Assembly (NCBI RefSeq): GCF_009649845.1
Contig: NZ_WJIE01000009.1
Location: 96,685-160,684 of the forward strand
DNA from: Polyangium spumosum
Lineage (GTDB): Bacteria; Myxococcota_A; Polyangia; Polyangiales; Polyangiaceae
Length of the DNA stretch: 64,000 nucleotides
Reading direction: 5' to 3'
Below are positions 18,049 through 28,305 of this stretch, piece by piece. The notes beneath the pieces are model-generated. The model did no database searches, had not been told where the DNA came from, and was given only the letters and a program-made list of their open reading frames with translations. The position numbers and the translations under genes were made by a program. Within the stretch, counting starts at the first letter, position 1. Each line of letters begins with the position of its first letter.

Positions 18049-21000
18049 CCGTCGGCTTGCTCCTCAAGATCCTCGCGGGCCTCGCCGCGCTCGCCGTCGT
18101 CGGCGTGGGTGTCTACGCGCTCGTCCTCGCGCAGAAAAAGAAGGCGCAGAAGGCCGCCGAGCTCGCCAGGCGCGAGGGCAAACCCGACGCCGTCGCCGAG
18201 ATCCGCGCCTCCGTAGGCAAGGCCAAGGCCGCCCTCGTCAAGAAGGTGCCCGACAAGGCCGCGCGCGAGGAGATGCCGCGGTTCCTCGTCCTCGGCGAAC
18301 CTTCCTCCGGGAAGACCACGCTGCTCGGCGGCTCGGGCCTCAGCGTCGGGCTGCACGAGGGCGGCGATCCCGCGCCCGGCGACAGGTCCGCCGTCCACCT
18401 CTGGATGCTCGGCAAGGCGCTGCTCGTCGACGTCGCCGGTGGCCTGCTCTTCGGCGAGGGCGGCACCGCCGCGCCCGATGGGCCGTATCGCGCGCTGCTG
18501 CACGAGCTCAAGCGCCTCTACCCCGATCGCCCCGTCGACGGCATCCTCCTCACGGTCCCCTGCAACGAGGTCATGCCCCAGGCGCGCTCCACGCCCGCCG
18601 AGCGCAAGCGCAAGGCGACGGTCCTGCGCGCCGCGATCGCCCTCGCGCAGCAGACCCTCGGCATGAACGTCCCGGTCTACGTGGTCGTCACGCAGACCGA
18701 TCGCCTCTCCGGCTTCCGCAGCCTCGGCACGGAGGTCACGCAAAACGGCAAGGACGACATCCTCGGCTGGTCGAGCCCGCACCCGCCCTTCACCGAGGGC
18801 TCGGACGACTGGGCCTCCGAGGCGATCGGCTCCGTCCGCGACGCGCTCCTCCGCTACCAGGCGCGGCGCTTCGCCGGCGCCCCCGTCGTCCGCTCGCCCG
18901 ACGACTTCTTCCTCTTCCCGAGCGAGATCGAGTCCCTCGGCGACGGCCTGCGCACCTACGTCGATCCCGTCTTCCTCGAGGGCGCCGGCCAGGAGACGCT
19001 CACGCTCCGCGGCATCTACTTCACGGGCCTCGCCGATCCGCCCGCCGGCCCTCTGCCGCTGCCGGCTCCCGGCGCCTCGCCCGCCGCGCTCGCGCCCCCC
19101 GCCAAACCTGCCGCCGCGGCCGCGCCGCCGGGCAAGGTCCTCTTCACGAAGGACCTGTTCGAGCACAAGGTCTTCGCCGAGCGCAACCTCGGCAAACCCG
19201 CCGCCGCCGCGCTCCGCCGTCGCCAGCGCGTGAACCTCGGGCTCCAGCTCGTCGCGGGTTGCCTCGCGGGCATGTTCCTCGCGGCCCTCTGGATCGACGC
19301 CTCGCGCCTCGAGCGCCGCACCACGGCGGTCATGCCCTTCCTGCGCGACGTCCAGAGCAGCGTCCTCTCGGCGAAGAGCGAGGCCCCCGGCACCGAGACG
19401 AGCTTCGAGGCGAAGAAGCTGCGCGCCAAGGCCCTCATCGAGAAGCTCGAGACGATCGAGGAGTCGGGCCGCCTGCGCTCCCCGCTGAACCCTGCCTCCT
19501 GGTGGAGCCGCCTCGACGGCCGCGTCGACAGCGCCTTCGTCATCGCCCTCGAGCAGGTCCTCGTCGACACCTTCCGCGCCGGCCTCGACGAGGAGGCCAA
19601 CCACCTCCTGCGCCCGCTGCCGCCGCAAGCTCCGCCCGACACGTTTTTCCCGCTCAGCGTCGAGAAGAGCCAGGAGTACATCCTGCTCGAGACGTGGCTG
19701 CGCGAGCTCGGCGCGTTCGAGGCCCACGTCGCGCGCCACGACGCCCTGCTCGGCGAGCTGCCGAAGGACGCCACGCCCGACGCGCGTATGCAGGGCGTCG
19801 CCGACCTCTCGGACTACCTGCTCGGCTACAAGACCTCACCCACGATCGCGGTCGAGTACTACCGCAACGCCCTCGCCCGCGGCGCGCGCCGCCAGCCCTT
19901 CGACCTCGCCCCGCGGCGTGATCCGGCCCGCGAGAAGGCGCAGGCCCTCTTCAAGGGCTTGCAGGATCGTGTGCTCGAGGCCTACAGCGACGCCGTCGTC
20001 CGCGCCGACGTCGAGCAGCTCGTCCAGAGCCTGAAGGACCTCGAGACGAAGGGCGCCGAGTACACCGCGCAGGACCTCTGGACCTTGCGTGACGCGATCG
20101 CCCGCGTCGAGGCGCACCTCGGCGCGCCCACGCTCGCCTGGGTGTCGAGCGAGTCGCTGCCGCCGAACGAAGGCATCGCGGGCCTGCTCAAGGCCGTCAA
20201 GACCTCGCGCCTGCTCGGCCCCGACGTCGAGGCGGCCCTGCGCGGCGGCGTCGACGCGCGCCTGCTCGATCTCAAGACGTACGTCGCGAGCGCGGGCGCG
20301 CCCCTCTCCGGGCCCATCCTGGAGCGCAAGGGCGGCGTCCTGCTCATGCGCCTCTCGCCCTTCATCCTCGGGCTCAAGGCGCCCATCGACGCGCTCCGCC
20401 AGCAGACGTTCATGACGGCCGAGGAGGAGCAGACCCTCACGGCCGAGCTCGATCGCGCCCGCGTCGACTGGGACGCCGAGGTCCTCAAGGAGGCCTCGCG
20501 TTTGCCCAAGGACTACGAGACCTTCCTCCAGGGCAAACTCCTCACGACCATCGACCCGCGCGTCCGCAACACGATCTCCGATCTCACGGTCCGTCAGGTC
20601 AAGGCGAGCACCCTCGGCGCCGTCGCCCGCGCCGCGCGGCCGGCCACGCCCCTGCCTGGGAACAGCAATCGCCAGTTCGAGACCGTACGCGCCGACGCCG
20701 CGAACCTCGGCCAGGCGATGGCCCCCATCCGCGAGATGATCGGCGCGTTCGTGCGCCTGCGCATGGACGACGCCCGCGACAGGTTGCGCGAGCTCTTGCG
20801 CGGCCAGGGCTCCGAGGTCCTCGGCCGCGGCGCGGAGGTCCTGCGCGCCGAGAACCTCTACGGCCTCAAGAAGGGCGGCTTCACCTGGTGGGACGGCCGG
20901 TCCACGCCTGCCTTCGAGGCCTTCAGCGTGCCCGACGCGGGGCGGTTGTCCGAGTACGCCGCGGCCCAGCGCACGCGCGCGGCCACGCTGCACAAGGAGC

Positions 21001-22112
21001 TCGCCGAGCCCGTGCTCGCCGCGATGGAGAGCCCCGAGGTCGCGGGCGACGGCGCCGGGGATCCAAACGTCGCGCTTTGGCAGAACGTCGCCTGGCCGCT
21101 CAAGGACCACGAGAACAAGAAGGCGGGCAACGGGGTCTCGAACCTCGAGACCTTCATGCTCTCGGACCTCCCGCTCATCACGGGGAAGAACTGCATCGCC
21201 GAGCTCGACAAACGCGCGAACGTCGACGGCTCGGGCGGGTTCTTCGCGGGCAAACAGAAGTACATCGTCGAGGAGCTACGCGAGCGCTGCCGCGCCCTCG
21301 CCGGCGACGAGATGCGTGATCGGTACGCCGCGCTCCGCCGCACCTTCAACCGCGAGCTCTCGGGCAAGTTCCCCTTCGTCAAGATCGAGCCTGGCATCCG
21401 CGTCGAGGACGCGCGGCCCGAGGTCGTCCGCCGCTTCCTCCAGGACGCCGGCGATTTCCGCGCCGATTTTGGCTACGTCCTCGGCAAGGAGACGAAGGCC
21501 TCGGCGGGCGAGGTCGGCCGCTTCCTCGACAAGATCGAGGCCGTCCGCGCCTTCATGATGCCCATGTGGGCGCAGGTCGAGTCGGCCGAGGACGGCATCT
21601 ACGACGTCAAGGTCGAGTTCCGCGTCAACCCCGGCCTCGAGGTCGGCGGCAACCGCATCGCCGAGTGGGCCATGCGGCTCGCGGACGAGCGCCTCTTCCG
21701 TGACGGCCCCAAGGTCGAGGCGAGCTGGCGCGTGAACGATCCGGTCCGCGTCGATCTGCGCTGGGCGAAGTCGAGCCTCGACGTGCCTCTGTCGACGCAG
21801 GGCCCGAACGTCTTCGTGAACGACAGGACCGTCACCTTCGAGGAGCGCGGCCCCTGGGCGCTGCTCCGCATGATCGCGTTCCACCAGACCTCCGCGCGGG
21901 ACGCGTCGCAGAAGTCCGAGGGCGGCTCGCACGTGCTCGGCTTCGTCATCCAGTCCTCGCCGGATCCCACGGGTGGCTTCATCGAGCGCGTCGGGACCGA
22001 GGCCAACACCGTACGTGTCTTCATCCGCATCGGGATCACCGGCGTCGAGAAGGACCGGTTCCTCCGCTACCCCGAGTTCCCCGCGGTCGCCCCGACCCTC
22101 TACGAGAGATAA
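18045..22112 (+). CDS. tssM: type VI secretion membrane protein TssM (IcmF family)
   Basis: 1355 aa. N-terminal TM helices. Walker A motif (LGEPSSGKTTLL). IcmF-like length. 4-nt overlap with tssL. Confidence 0.9.
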   Translation: MTVGLLLKILAGLAALAVVGVGVYALVLAQKKKAQKAAELARREGKPDAVAEIRASVGKAKAALVKKVPDKAAREEMPRFLVLGEPSSGKTTLLGGSGLSVGLHEGGDPAPGDRSAVHLWMLGKALLVDVAGGLLFGEGGTAAPDGPYRALLHELKRLYPDRPVDGILLTVPCNEVMPQARSTPAERKRKATVLRAAIALAQQTLGMNVPVYVVVTQTDRLSGFRSLGTEVTQNGKDDILGWSSPHPPFTEGSDDWASEAIGSVRDALLRYQARRFAGAPVVRSPDDFFLFPSEIESLGDGLRTYVDPVFLEGAGQETLTLRGIYFTGLADPPAGPLPLPAPGASPAALAPPAKPAAAAAPPGKVLFTKDLFEHKVFAERNLGKPAAAALRRRQRVNLGLQLVAGCLAGMFLAALWIDASRLERRTTAVMPFLRDVQSSVLSAKSEAPGTETSFEAKKLRAKALIEKLETIEESGRLRSPLNPASWWSRLDGRVDSAFVIALEQVLVDTFRAGLDEEANHLLRPLPPQAPPDTFFPLSVEKSQEYILLETWLRELGAFEAHVARHDALLGELPKDATPDARMQGVADLSDYLLGYKTSPTIAVEYYRNALARGARRQPFDLAPRRDPAREKAQALFKGLQDRVLEAYSDAVVRADVEQLVQSLKDLETKGAEYTAQDLWTLRDAIARVEAHLGAPTLAWVSSESLPPNEGIAGLLKAVKTSRLLGPDVEAALRGGVDARLLDLKTYVASAGAPLSGPILERKGGVLLMRLSPFILGLKAPIDALRQQTFMTAEEEQTLTAELDRARVDWDAEVLKEASRLPKDYETFLQGKLLTTIDPRVRNTISDLTVRQVKASTLGAVARAARPATPLPGNSNRQFETVRADAANLGQAMAPIREMIGAFVRLRMDDARDRLRELLRGQGSEVLGRGAEVLRAENLYGLKKGGFTWWDGRSTPAFEAFSVPDAGRLSEYAAAQRTRAATLHKELAEPVLAAMESPEVAGDGAGDPNVALWQNVAWPLKDHENKKAGNGVSNLETFMLSDLPLITGKNCIAELDKRANVDGSGGFFAGKQKYIVEELRERCRALAGDEMRDRYAALRRTFNRELSGKFPFVKIEPGIRVEDARPEVVRRFLQDAGDFRADFGYVLGKETKASAGEVGRFLDKIEAVRAFMMPMWAQVESAEDGIYDVKVEFRVNPGLEVGGNRIAEWAMRLADERLFRDGPKVEASWRVNDPVRVDLRWAKSSLDVPLSTQGPNVFVNDRTVTFEERGPWALLRMIAFHQTSARDASQKSEGGSHVLGFVIQSSPDPTGGFIERVGTEANTVRVFIRIGITGVEKDRFLRYPEFPAVAPTLYER

Positions 22113-22117
22113 CCGCG

Positions 22118-23197
22118 ATGTCGTCGACGAACGCCCTGCACATCGATCTGGAGACGTTGCTCCAGCCCATCTCCGAGGAGGCGCCGTGTGGCGCGTCTCT
22201 CCGGTACGAAGGCACGTACGACCGGGTCCGCGAGGCGCGCCGCGAGGACGATCCGTCGCTGCCCATGGGCGACTGGGAGACCAAGCTCAAGGTCGCCGAC
22301 TTCGCGCTCGTGGACAAACTTTGCCAGGAGGCGCTGCGCAAGAAATCGAAGGACCTCCAGATCGCGGCGTGGCTCGTGGAGGCTTGGCTGCGGCGCTATC
22401 GCGTGAAGGGCCTCGGCCAGGGTTTGTCGCTCGTCGCCGCGCTCTGCGAGCGGTACTGGGACGGCCTCTTCCCCGCGCTCGGCGACGACGAGGACGCCTC
22501 CGCGCGCGCGGCGCTTTACGAGTGGATGGACGACGTCCTCTCCGATCGCCTGCGCCAGACGCCGTTCGCGGACGGGGACGCGTCGTTCTCGCTGCTCGAT
22601 TGGGAGCTCGGCGCGAAGGCCGGGCCTGTGGACGGGGAGGGGGAGGCGGCGCGGCCGACGCGGGAGTCGCTGCTCGCCAAGATCTCGCTCGGCGGCGCGC
22701 GCTTCACGGACGTCGCGCTCGACGCGGGCACGGCGATCATCGCGGCCGAGGCGGCCGAGGCGGCGATCGCCGCGCAGATCCCGCGCCCGCCCACGCTGCG
22801 CCGCGTGCGTGAGGTCCTCGCGCAGATCGAGATGCTCGCGCGGGACGCGGCGCGTATCAACGGCGAGAGCGCTCCCTCCGCGGCGAGCGCGCCCGGGGAG
22901 AGCCCGCCGCTGCTCGGATCGGCCGCGGCGGCGGCGGCGGCGTTCACGGCCTCGGGCGGCGCGGGGGCGTCGGGCTCCTTCGCCATCTCGAGCCGCGCCG
23001 ACGCGTATTACCGCCTCGCCGAGGCGGCCGAGTACCTCATGCGGACCGAGCCGCACAGCCCCGTCCCGTACCTGGTCAAACGTGCGGTGCAGTGGGGCAA
23101 CATGTCGCTCGCGCAGCTCCTCTACGAGTTCGTCGGAAACCCTGATGATCTCGTGGCGATACAGCGCTTGCTCGGGATGCGCGGGAGGGAGGAATAA
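22118..23197 (+). CDS. tssA: type VI secretion protein TssA (ImpA N-terminal domain)
   Basis: ImpA_N-like N-terminus (LLQPISEEAPCGASLRYEGTYDRVREARRED). Confidence 0.85.
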   Translation: MSSTNALHIDLETLLQPISEEAPCGASLRYEGTYDRVREARREDDPSLPMGDWETKLKVADFALVDKLCQEALRKKSKDLQIAAWLVEAWLRRYRVKGLGQGLSLVAALCERYWDGLFPALGDDEDASARAALYEWMDDVLSDRLRQTPFADGDASFSLLDWELGAKAGPVDGEGEAARPTRESLLAKISLGGARFTDVALDAGTAIIAAEAAEAAIAAQIPRPPTLRRVREVLAQIEMLARDAARINGESAPSAASAPGESPPLLGSAAAAAAAFTASGGAGASGSFAISSRADAYYRLAEAAEYLMRTEPHSPVPYLVKRAVQWGNMSLAQLLYEFVGNPDDLVAIQRLLGMRGREE

Positions 23198-23358
23198 CGG
23201 GGGATCCGCGAGCGCGCCCCTACGAGGGTGTTGTGTTTTCGAGCCCGAGCACGGTAAGAAGGAAAATGCGCCAGAAGTAGACCCCGTGCGCGGGCGGTGT
23301 TTCGGGAAGTTCGCAAAGCCGCGGCTGCCGCCGCGAGAGCCGAGGAAGGGAGCCATCG

Positions 23359-23862
23359 ATGGCAGAGAGCAAGCAGCACTGGCTGGACCGGAACCGTCCG
23401 CCGCGTGTGCAGATCACGTATGACGTCGAGACGGGCAACGCAATCGAGAAGAAAGAGATCCCGTTCGTCGTCGGCGTGCTGAGCGATCTGGGGCAGAACC
23501 CGGCGAATCCGCTGCCCAAGCTGAAGGATCGCAAGTTCGTCGAGGTCGACCGCGACAATTTCAACGACGTCCTGGCCTCCACGAAGCCGGAGATCACGGT
23601 GAAGGTCGACGACGTGATCAAGGGGACGGGCAAGATCGCGATTCCCCTGACGTTCACGCACATGGACGATTTCCGGCCCGAGCGCCTCGTCGAGCGGATC
23701 CCGGAGCTCCGCAAGCTGCTCCGCGCGCGCGAGCGCCTGAACGACCTCCTCGCCAAGCTCGAAGGCAACGACGAGCTCTCGGCGGCGCTGCGTGAGGTCA
23801 TGGAGAGCACCGAGGCTCTCGAGAAGATCAAGGCGGAAGTTTCGAAGGACGACCAGAGCTGA
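23359..23862 (+). CDS. tssB: type VI secretion sheath small subunit TssB (VipA)
   Basis: 167 aa; PPRVQITYDVETGNAIEKKEIPFVVGVLSDL matches the TssB consensus. Confidence 0.9.
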   Translation: MAESKQHWLDRNRPPRVQITYDVETGNAIEKKEIPFVVGVLSDLGQNPANPLPKLKDRKFVEVDRDNFNDVLASTKPEITVKVDDVIKGTGKIAIPLTFTHMDDFRPERLVERIPELRKLLRARERLNDLLAKLEGNDELSAALREVMESTEALEKIKAEVSKDDQS

Positions 23863-23883
23863 GTCCGCGCGGAGGATACGAAC

Positions 23884-25386
23884 ATGCCGGAGACGAGCAG
23901 CGCGAAACAACACATCGACACGAGCGCGGATGGCGCGGCGATCATCGATCAGATCCTCGCCGAGGGCGCGATGGTCCGGGGGGACAACCCCGCCCAGAAG
24001 CAACACGCCCGCGACATCGTCGGGGAGTTCTGCCAGCAGATCCTCGATGAGCGGGATCCTGCGGACAAGCAGCGGGCCATCGACCTCGGCGCGGTCGCGG
24101 CCATTCAGGATCGCATCAACGAGATCGACGAGATCATCGGCAAGCAGCTCGACGTGATCCTGCACGCGGCCGAGTTCCAGTCGCTCGAGGCGCGCTGGCG
24201 GGGGCTGCACTACCTCGTCATGAACACGGAGACGAGCACGCGGCTCAAGATTCGCGTGATGAACGTCCGCAAGGACGAGCTCCGCAAGGATTTCGAGTCG
24301 GCGCCCGACTTCGATCGCAGCGCGCTCTTCAAGAAGGTCTACGAGGAGGAGTACGGCACCTTCGGCGGCGCGCCGTATGGCCTGCTCCTCGGCGACTACG
24401 AGTTCGACGGATCGAGCCCGGACGTCGGCCTCTTGACCGAGCTTTCGAAGGTCGCGGCGGCGGCGCACGCGCCCTTCATCTCGGCGGCGAGCCCGTTCCT
24501 CTTCGACATGGAGAACTTCGGGCAGATCGGCGTGCCCGGCGATCTCGCCAAGCTCTTCGAGAGCACGCAGCTCATCAAGTGGCGCGAGTTCCGCGAGAGC
24601 GAGGACAGCCGTTACGTCGGCCTCGTGCTCCCGCATGTGCTCATGCGCCTCCCGTACGGCCCGAAGGGCGTGCCCGTGGACGGCTTCATGTACGAGGAGA
24701 ACGTCGGCGCCGAGGACAAGAACTTCCTCTGGGGCAACGCGGCGTACGCGCTCGGCCAGCGGATCACGAACGCGTTCGCGCATTATGGCTGGTGCGCGGC
24801 GATCCGCGGCGTCGAGGGCGGCGGCCTCGTCGAGAACCTCCCGGTGCACGTCTTCAAGACGAGCGACGGCGACCTCGCGGTGAAGACGCCGACCGAGGTG
24901 GCGATCACCGATCGCCGCGAGAACGAGCTCTCCGAGCTCGGGTTCATCGGGCTCTGCTATCGCAAGAACAGCGGCCAGGCTGCGTTCTTCGGCGGCGCGA
25001 CCGCGAACAAGCCCAAGGTGTACAACCTGCCCTCGGCGACGGCGAACGCGCGTCTGTCGGCGCAGCTCCCGTACATCATGGCGACGAGCCGGTTCGCCCA
25101 TTACATCAAGGTCATGATGCGCGACAAGATCGGCAGCTTCATGACCAAGGACAACGTGTCGTCGTACCTCAACAACTGGATCGCGGACTACGTGCTCCTC
25201 AACGACGACGCGGGTCAGGACACGAAGGCGCGGCTGCCTCTTCGTGAGGCGCGGATCGACGTCACCGACGTTCCGGGCAAGCCGGGCGCGTACCGCGCCG
25301 TGGTCTTCCTGAAGCCGCACTTCCAGCTCAACGAGCTCACGGTCTCGATGCGCCTCGTGGCGGATCTTCCGCCTCCTGCAGCGTGA
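23884..25386 (+). CDS. tssC: type VI secretion sheath large subunit TssC (VipB)
   Basis: 500 aa; conserved TssC stretches (FQSLEARWRGLHYLV, GAPYGLLLGDYEFD, LPHVLMRLPYG). Confidence 0.95.
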   Translation: MPETSSAKQHIDTSADGAAIIDQILAEGAMVRGDNPAQKQHARDIVGEFCQQILDERDPADKQRAIDLGAVAAIQDRINEIDEIIGKQLDVILHAAEFQSLEARWRGLHYLVMNTETSTRLKIRVMNVRKDELRKDFESAPDFDRSALFKKVYEEEYGTFGGAPYGLLLGDYEFDGSSPDVGLLTELSKVAAAAHAPFISAASPFLFDMENFGQIGVPGDLAKLFESTQLIKWREFRESEDSRYVGLVLPHVLMRLPYGPKGVPVDGFMYEENVGAEDKNFLWGNAAYALGQRITNAFAHYGWCAAIRGVEGGGLVENLPVHVFKTSDGDLAVKTPTEVAITDRRENELSELGFIGLCYRKNSGQAAFFGGATANKPKVYNLPSATANARLSAQLPYIMATSRFAHYIKVMMRDKIGSFMTKDNVSSYLNNWIADYVLLNDDAGQDTKARLPLREARIDVTDVPGKPGAYRAVVFLKPHFQLNELTVSMRLVADLPPPAA

Positions 25387-25492
25387 CGGGCTTCGCAGAT
25401 CGGTGTAGGGTGTAAATCATGGAGATCGCCGTCCCACGCGCGGATACTCGCGCGCGGGCGGCGATCATCGACGGGGACGCGGAGGATTTACG

Positions 25493-25987
25493 ATGGAAAC
25501 CAGCTTTTTGGAGATCGAGGGCGTCAAGGGCGAGAGCACGGCGGCGCAGGGCAAGGACAAGATCGAGGTCATGTCCTTCAGCCACGGCGTGGCGATGCCG
25601 CTGACGAGCGGCGCCTCGGCGAACGCGCGCGCGCACGGCCGCTGCGTGCATCAGGACTTCACGTTCAGCAAGTACCTCGACATCACCTCGCCGACGCTGA
25701 ACCTCAAGTGCAGCGGCGGCGACAACATCAAGAAGGCCGAGCTCACCGTCTTCCAGGCCGACAAGAACGACGGCGACATGGTCCTTTATTACAAGATCAC
25801 GTTCGAGGACGTGATCCTGACGAACATCTCGGTGAGCGGCGGCTCGGGTGGCCGTCCCATCGAGACGGTCACGTTCAACTACCGCAAGATCAAGTGGTCG
25901 TACGCCCAGCAGGGCCAGCCTTCGCCGGCGGGCAAGAAGGGCACGGCCGAGGCGGGCTGGACGCTCGAGGAGAACAAGAAGCTCTAA
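25493..25987 (+). CDS. hcp: Hcp (TssD) tube protein
   Basis: 164 aa; FLEIEGVKGEST...VMSFSHGV pattern typical of Hcp. Confidence 0.9.
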   Translation: METSFLEIEGVKGESTAAQGKDKIEVMSFSHGVAMPLTSGASANARAHGRCVHQDFTFSKYLDITSPTLNLKCSGGDNIKKAELTVFQADKNDGDMVLYYKITFEDVILTNISVSGGSGGRPIETVTFNYRKIKWSYAQQGQPSPAGKKGTAEAGWTLEENKKL

Positions 25988-26023
25988 CCCGAGGACGTAT
26001 TCTCGTCCCAGGGGAGCGACAGA

Positions 26024-26500
26024 ATGGCGAAGGCGTGGGGATCCACGAGCGCGGGCAGGGTTCCCCTGTTCGATCGGCTGATCGACGAGAACCCTGCTCA
26101 AAAACAGGAAGTGGTCCCCTATTGCACCCTCGACCGAGACGGGCTGCGCGCCTCCGTGGCCCGCGAGCTCGGTCGAATCCTCGGCACCCGCAGCCCCATC
26201 TCCGGCGACGAGGCCCTCTCCCGACCGCGCACGACCATCGATTACGGGTTGCCCGACCTCGAGCTCGGCGGCCGTGCGCTCGTGCCGGAGGAGCTGCGCC
26301 GCCTCGTGCGCCTCGTGCAGAAGACGATCGAGGCGTACGAGCCGAGGCTCCAGAACGTACGCGTGGAGATCAAGCGACGCGAGGACGCGCCGCCGCACGC
26401 GCGGCTCGTCGTCGCGCTCACGGCGACGCTCGTCACGGACGAGGTGCGTGAGCCCCTCTCGTTCGAGGCGCCGCTCGAAGCGAGCTCGGGGGCCGCATGA
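26024..26500 (+). CDS. tssE: type VI secretion baseplate protein TssE (gp25-like)
   Basis: 158 aa; gp25/GPW-like pattern (LFDRLIDENP...TIDYGLPDL). 4-nt overlap with tssF. Confidence 0.85.
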   Translation: MAKAWGSTSAGRVPLFDRLIDENPAQKQEVVPYCTLDRDGLRASVARELGRILGTRSPISGDEALSRPRTTIDYGLPDLELGGRALVPEELRRLVRLVQKTIEAYEPRLQNVRVEIKRREDAPPHARLVVALTATLVTDEVREPLSFEAPLEASSGAA

Positions 26501-28305
26501 GCCGGGGTGATCCCGATCGGGAGATGCTCGAGCTCTACGCGCGCGAGCTCGTGTATCTGCGCGAGCGCGGCGCCGAGTTCGCCAAGGACTATCCGAAGAT
26601 CGCGGCGCGCCTCGGCACGTCGAGCCAGGCCTCGGCCGATCCACACGTCGAGCGCCTCGTCGAGGCCTTCGCGTTCCTCTCGGCGCGCCTCACGCGCGAC
26701 ATGGAGGCCGAGCTGCCGATTTACACGACGTCGCTGCTCGGCGTCCTCTATCCGCAGCTCGTTTGCCCCGTCCCTGCGATGGCGATCGCCGCCTTCGAGG
26801 TCGACCCGAAGGAGCAGAAGCTCGGCTCCGGCTACACGGTCGACAAGCACACGCCGCTCTTCGCGGCCTCGCAGAGCGGGCCCGTTTGTCATTTTCGCAC
26901 CGCGTATCCGGTCACGCTCTGGCCGATCGAGATCACGCACGCGGGCATGGTCCCGCCCGAGAACCTCGACCTGCCCGGCTGGCTCGTCGCGAACGCCGCG
27001 GCCGTGCTCGAGATCGAGCTCTCGACCGGCGGGGTCCCGCTCGACAAACTCGGCATGCGCTCGCTGCGCTTCCACGTCGCGGGCGGGGGCATGGGCGCGG
27101 CGCGGCTCTACGACCTCGTCGCCGCGCACGCCGTCGGCGTCCTCGTGGTCGGGGACAACCCTTCGCAGGACTGGGCCCACGGCAAGATCCGCCCCGTCGG
27201 CTTCGAGGCGAGCGAGGACGTCCTGCCGTATCCGCCCCACGCGCACCGCGGCCATCGCCTCGTGCAGGAGTATTTCGCGTTCCCGGAGAAGTTTCATTTC
27301 TTCGACATCGAGCTCCCGAAGCTCCCGCCCCGGAAGAACGCGAAGATCCTCGTCCTCTTCGACCAGAAGCCGCCGGCCGGCGCCGCGGTCCGCAAGACGA
27401 CGCTCTCGCTCGGCTGCACCCCGATCATCAACCTCTTCCCGCGCAGCGCCGAGCCCATCCGCGTCGATCACACCCGGCCCGAGTATCGCCTCGTCGCCGA
27501 CGCGCGCCGCGAGCGGACCACCGAGGTCCACTCGATCACGCGTGTGGCCGCCACCGCGCCCGGCGAGCCCAAGCAGATCGATTACGCGTCCTTTTTCTCC
27601 TTCGTGCACCACCAGAAGGGCGAGCGGCCGCGCGCCTTCTGGCACGCGCGCCGTGTCGCCACGGGCCGCAAGGACCTGCCGGGCACCGACCTCTGGCTCA
27701 CCTTCGTCGACACCGACTTCAAGCTCGCGCGTCCGCCCTCGGAGACCGTCTACGCGGGCGTCCTCTGCACGAACCGCGACCTCGCGAACGAGATCGCCAA
27801 GGACACCCAGCTCTCCCCCGAGCGCCCCATCCCGGCCCGGAAAATCGTTTGTCTCACGAAACCGACGCCCCAGCGCGCGGCGCCCATGGGCGGCGAGGCC
27901 CTCTGGCGGCTCGTCTCGAACCTCTCGCAGAACCACCTCTCGATCACCGACGGCAAGGCCGGCGTCTCCGCGCTCCGCGAGATCCTGCGCGCGTACGTCT
28001 TCGGCGATTCGCCCGACGCCGAGCGCCAGATCGACGCGCTTCTCGACATCTCGAGCCGCGTCGTCACGCGCCGCCTCGGCAGCGACGCGTGGCGCGGCTA
28101 CTGTCGTGGCCTCGAGATCACGCTCACGCTCGCGGACGAGCAGTTCGCCGGATCGAGCCCGGTCCTTTTGGCCTCGGTGCTGAGCCGCTTCTTCGCCTTG
28201 CAGGCGCACATCAATGCGTTCACCGAGCTCGTCCTGAAGCGCGCCTCGCGCGCGGAGGTCTGGAAGCGATGGCCGCCCACGGCTGGCGAAAGAGCCCTTC
28301 TGTAG
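26497..28305 (+). CDS. tssF: type VI secretion baseplate protein TssF
   Basis: 602 aa; N-terminus LELYARELVYLRERGAEFAKDYPKIAARLG is the TssF signature. Confidence 0.9.
   Translation: MSRGDPDREMLELYARELVYLRERGAEFAKDYPKIAARLGTSSQASADPHVERLVEAFAFLSARLTRDMEAELPIYTTSLLGVLYPQLVCPVPAMAIAAFEVDPKEQKLGSGYTVDKHTPLFAASQSGPVCHFRTAYPVTLWPIEITHAGMVPPENLDLPGWLVANAAAVLEIELSTGGVPLDKLGMRSLRFHVAGGGMGAARLYDLVAAHAVGVLVVGDNPSQDWAHGKIRPVGFEASEDVLPYPPHAHRGHRLVQEYFAFPEKFHFFDIELPKLPPRKNAKILVLFDQKPPAGAAVRKTTLSLGCTPIINLFPRSAEPIRVDHTRPEYRLVADARRERTTEVHSITRVAATAPGEPKQIDYASFFSFVHHQKGERPRAFWHARRVATGRKDLPGTDLWLTFVDTDFKLARPPSETVYAGVLCTNRDLANEIAKDTQLSPERPIPARKIVCLTKPTPQRAAPMGGEALWRLVSNLSQNHLSITDGKAGVSALREILRAYVFGDSPDAERQIDALLDISSRVVTRRLGSDAWRGYCRGLEITLTLADEQFAGSSPVLLASVLSRFFALQAHINAFTELVLKRASRAEVWKRWPPTAGERALL

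Noticed and set aside
15864-25320. Long minus-strand ORFs antisense to tssK/tssM/tssBC (15864..17492, 17994..19739, 19836..21110, 23122..25320)
   Set aside because: Arg/Gly/Asp-rich antisense artefacts of strongly supported T6SS genes.
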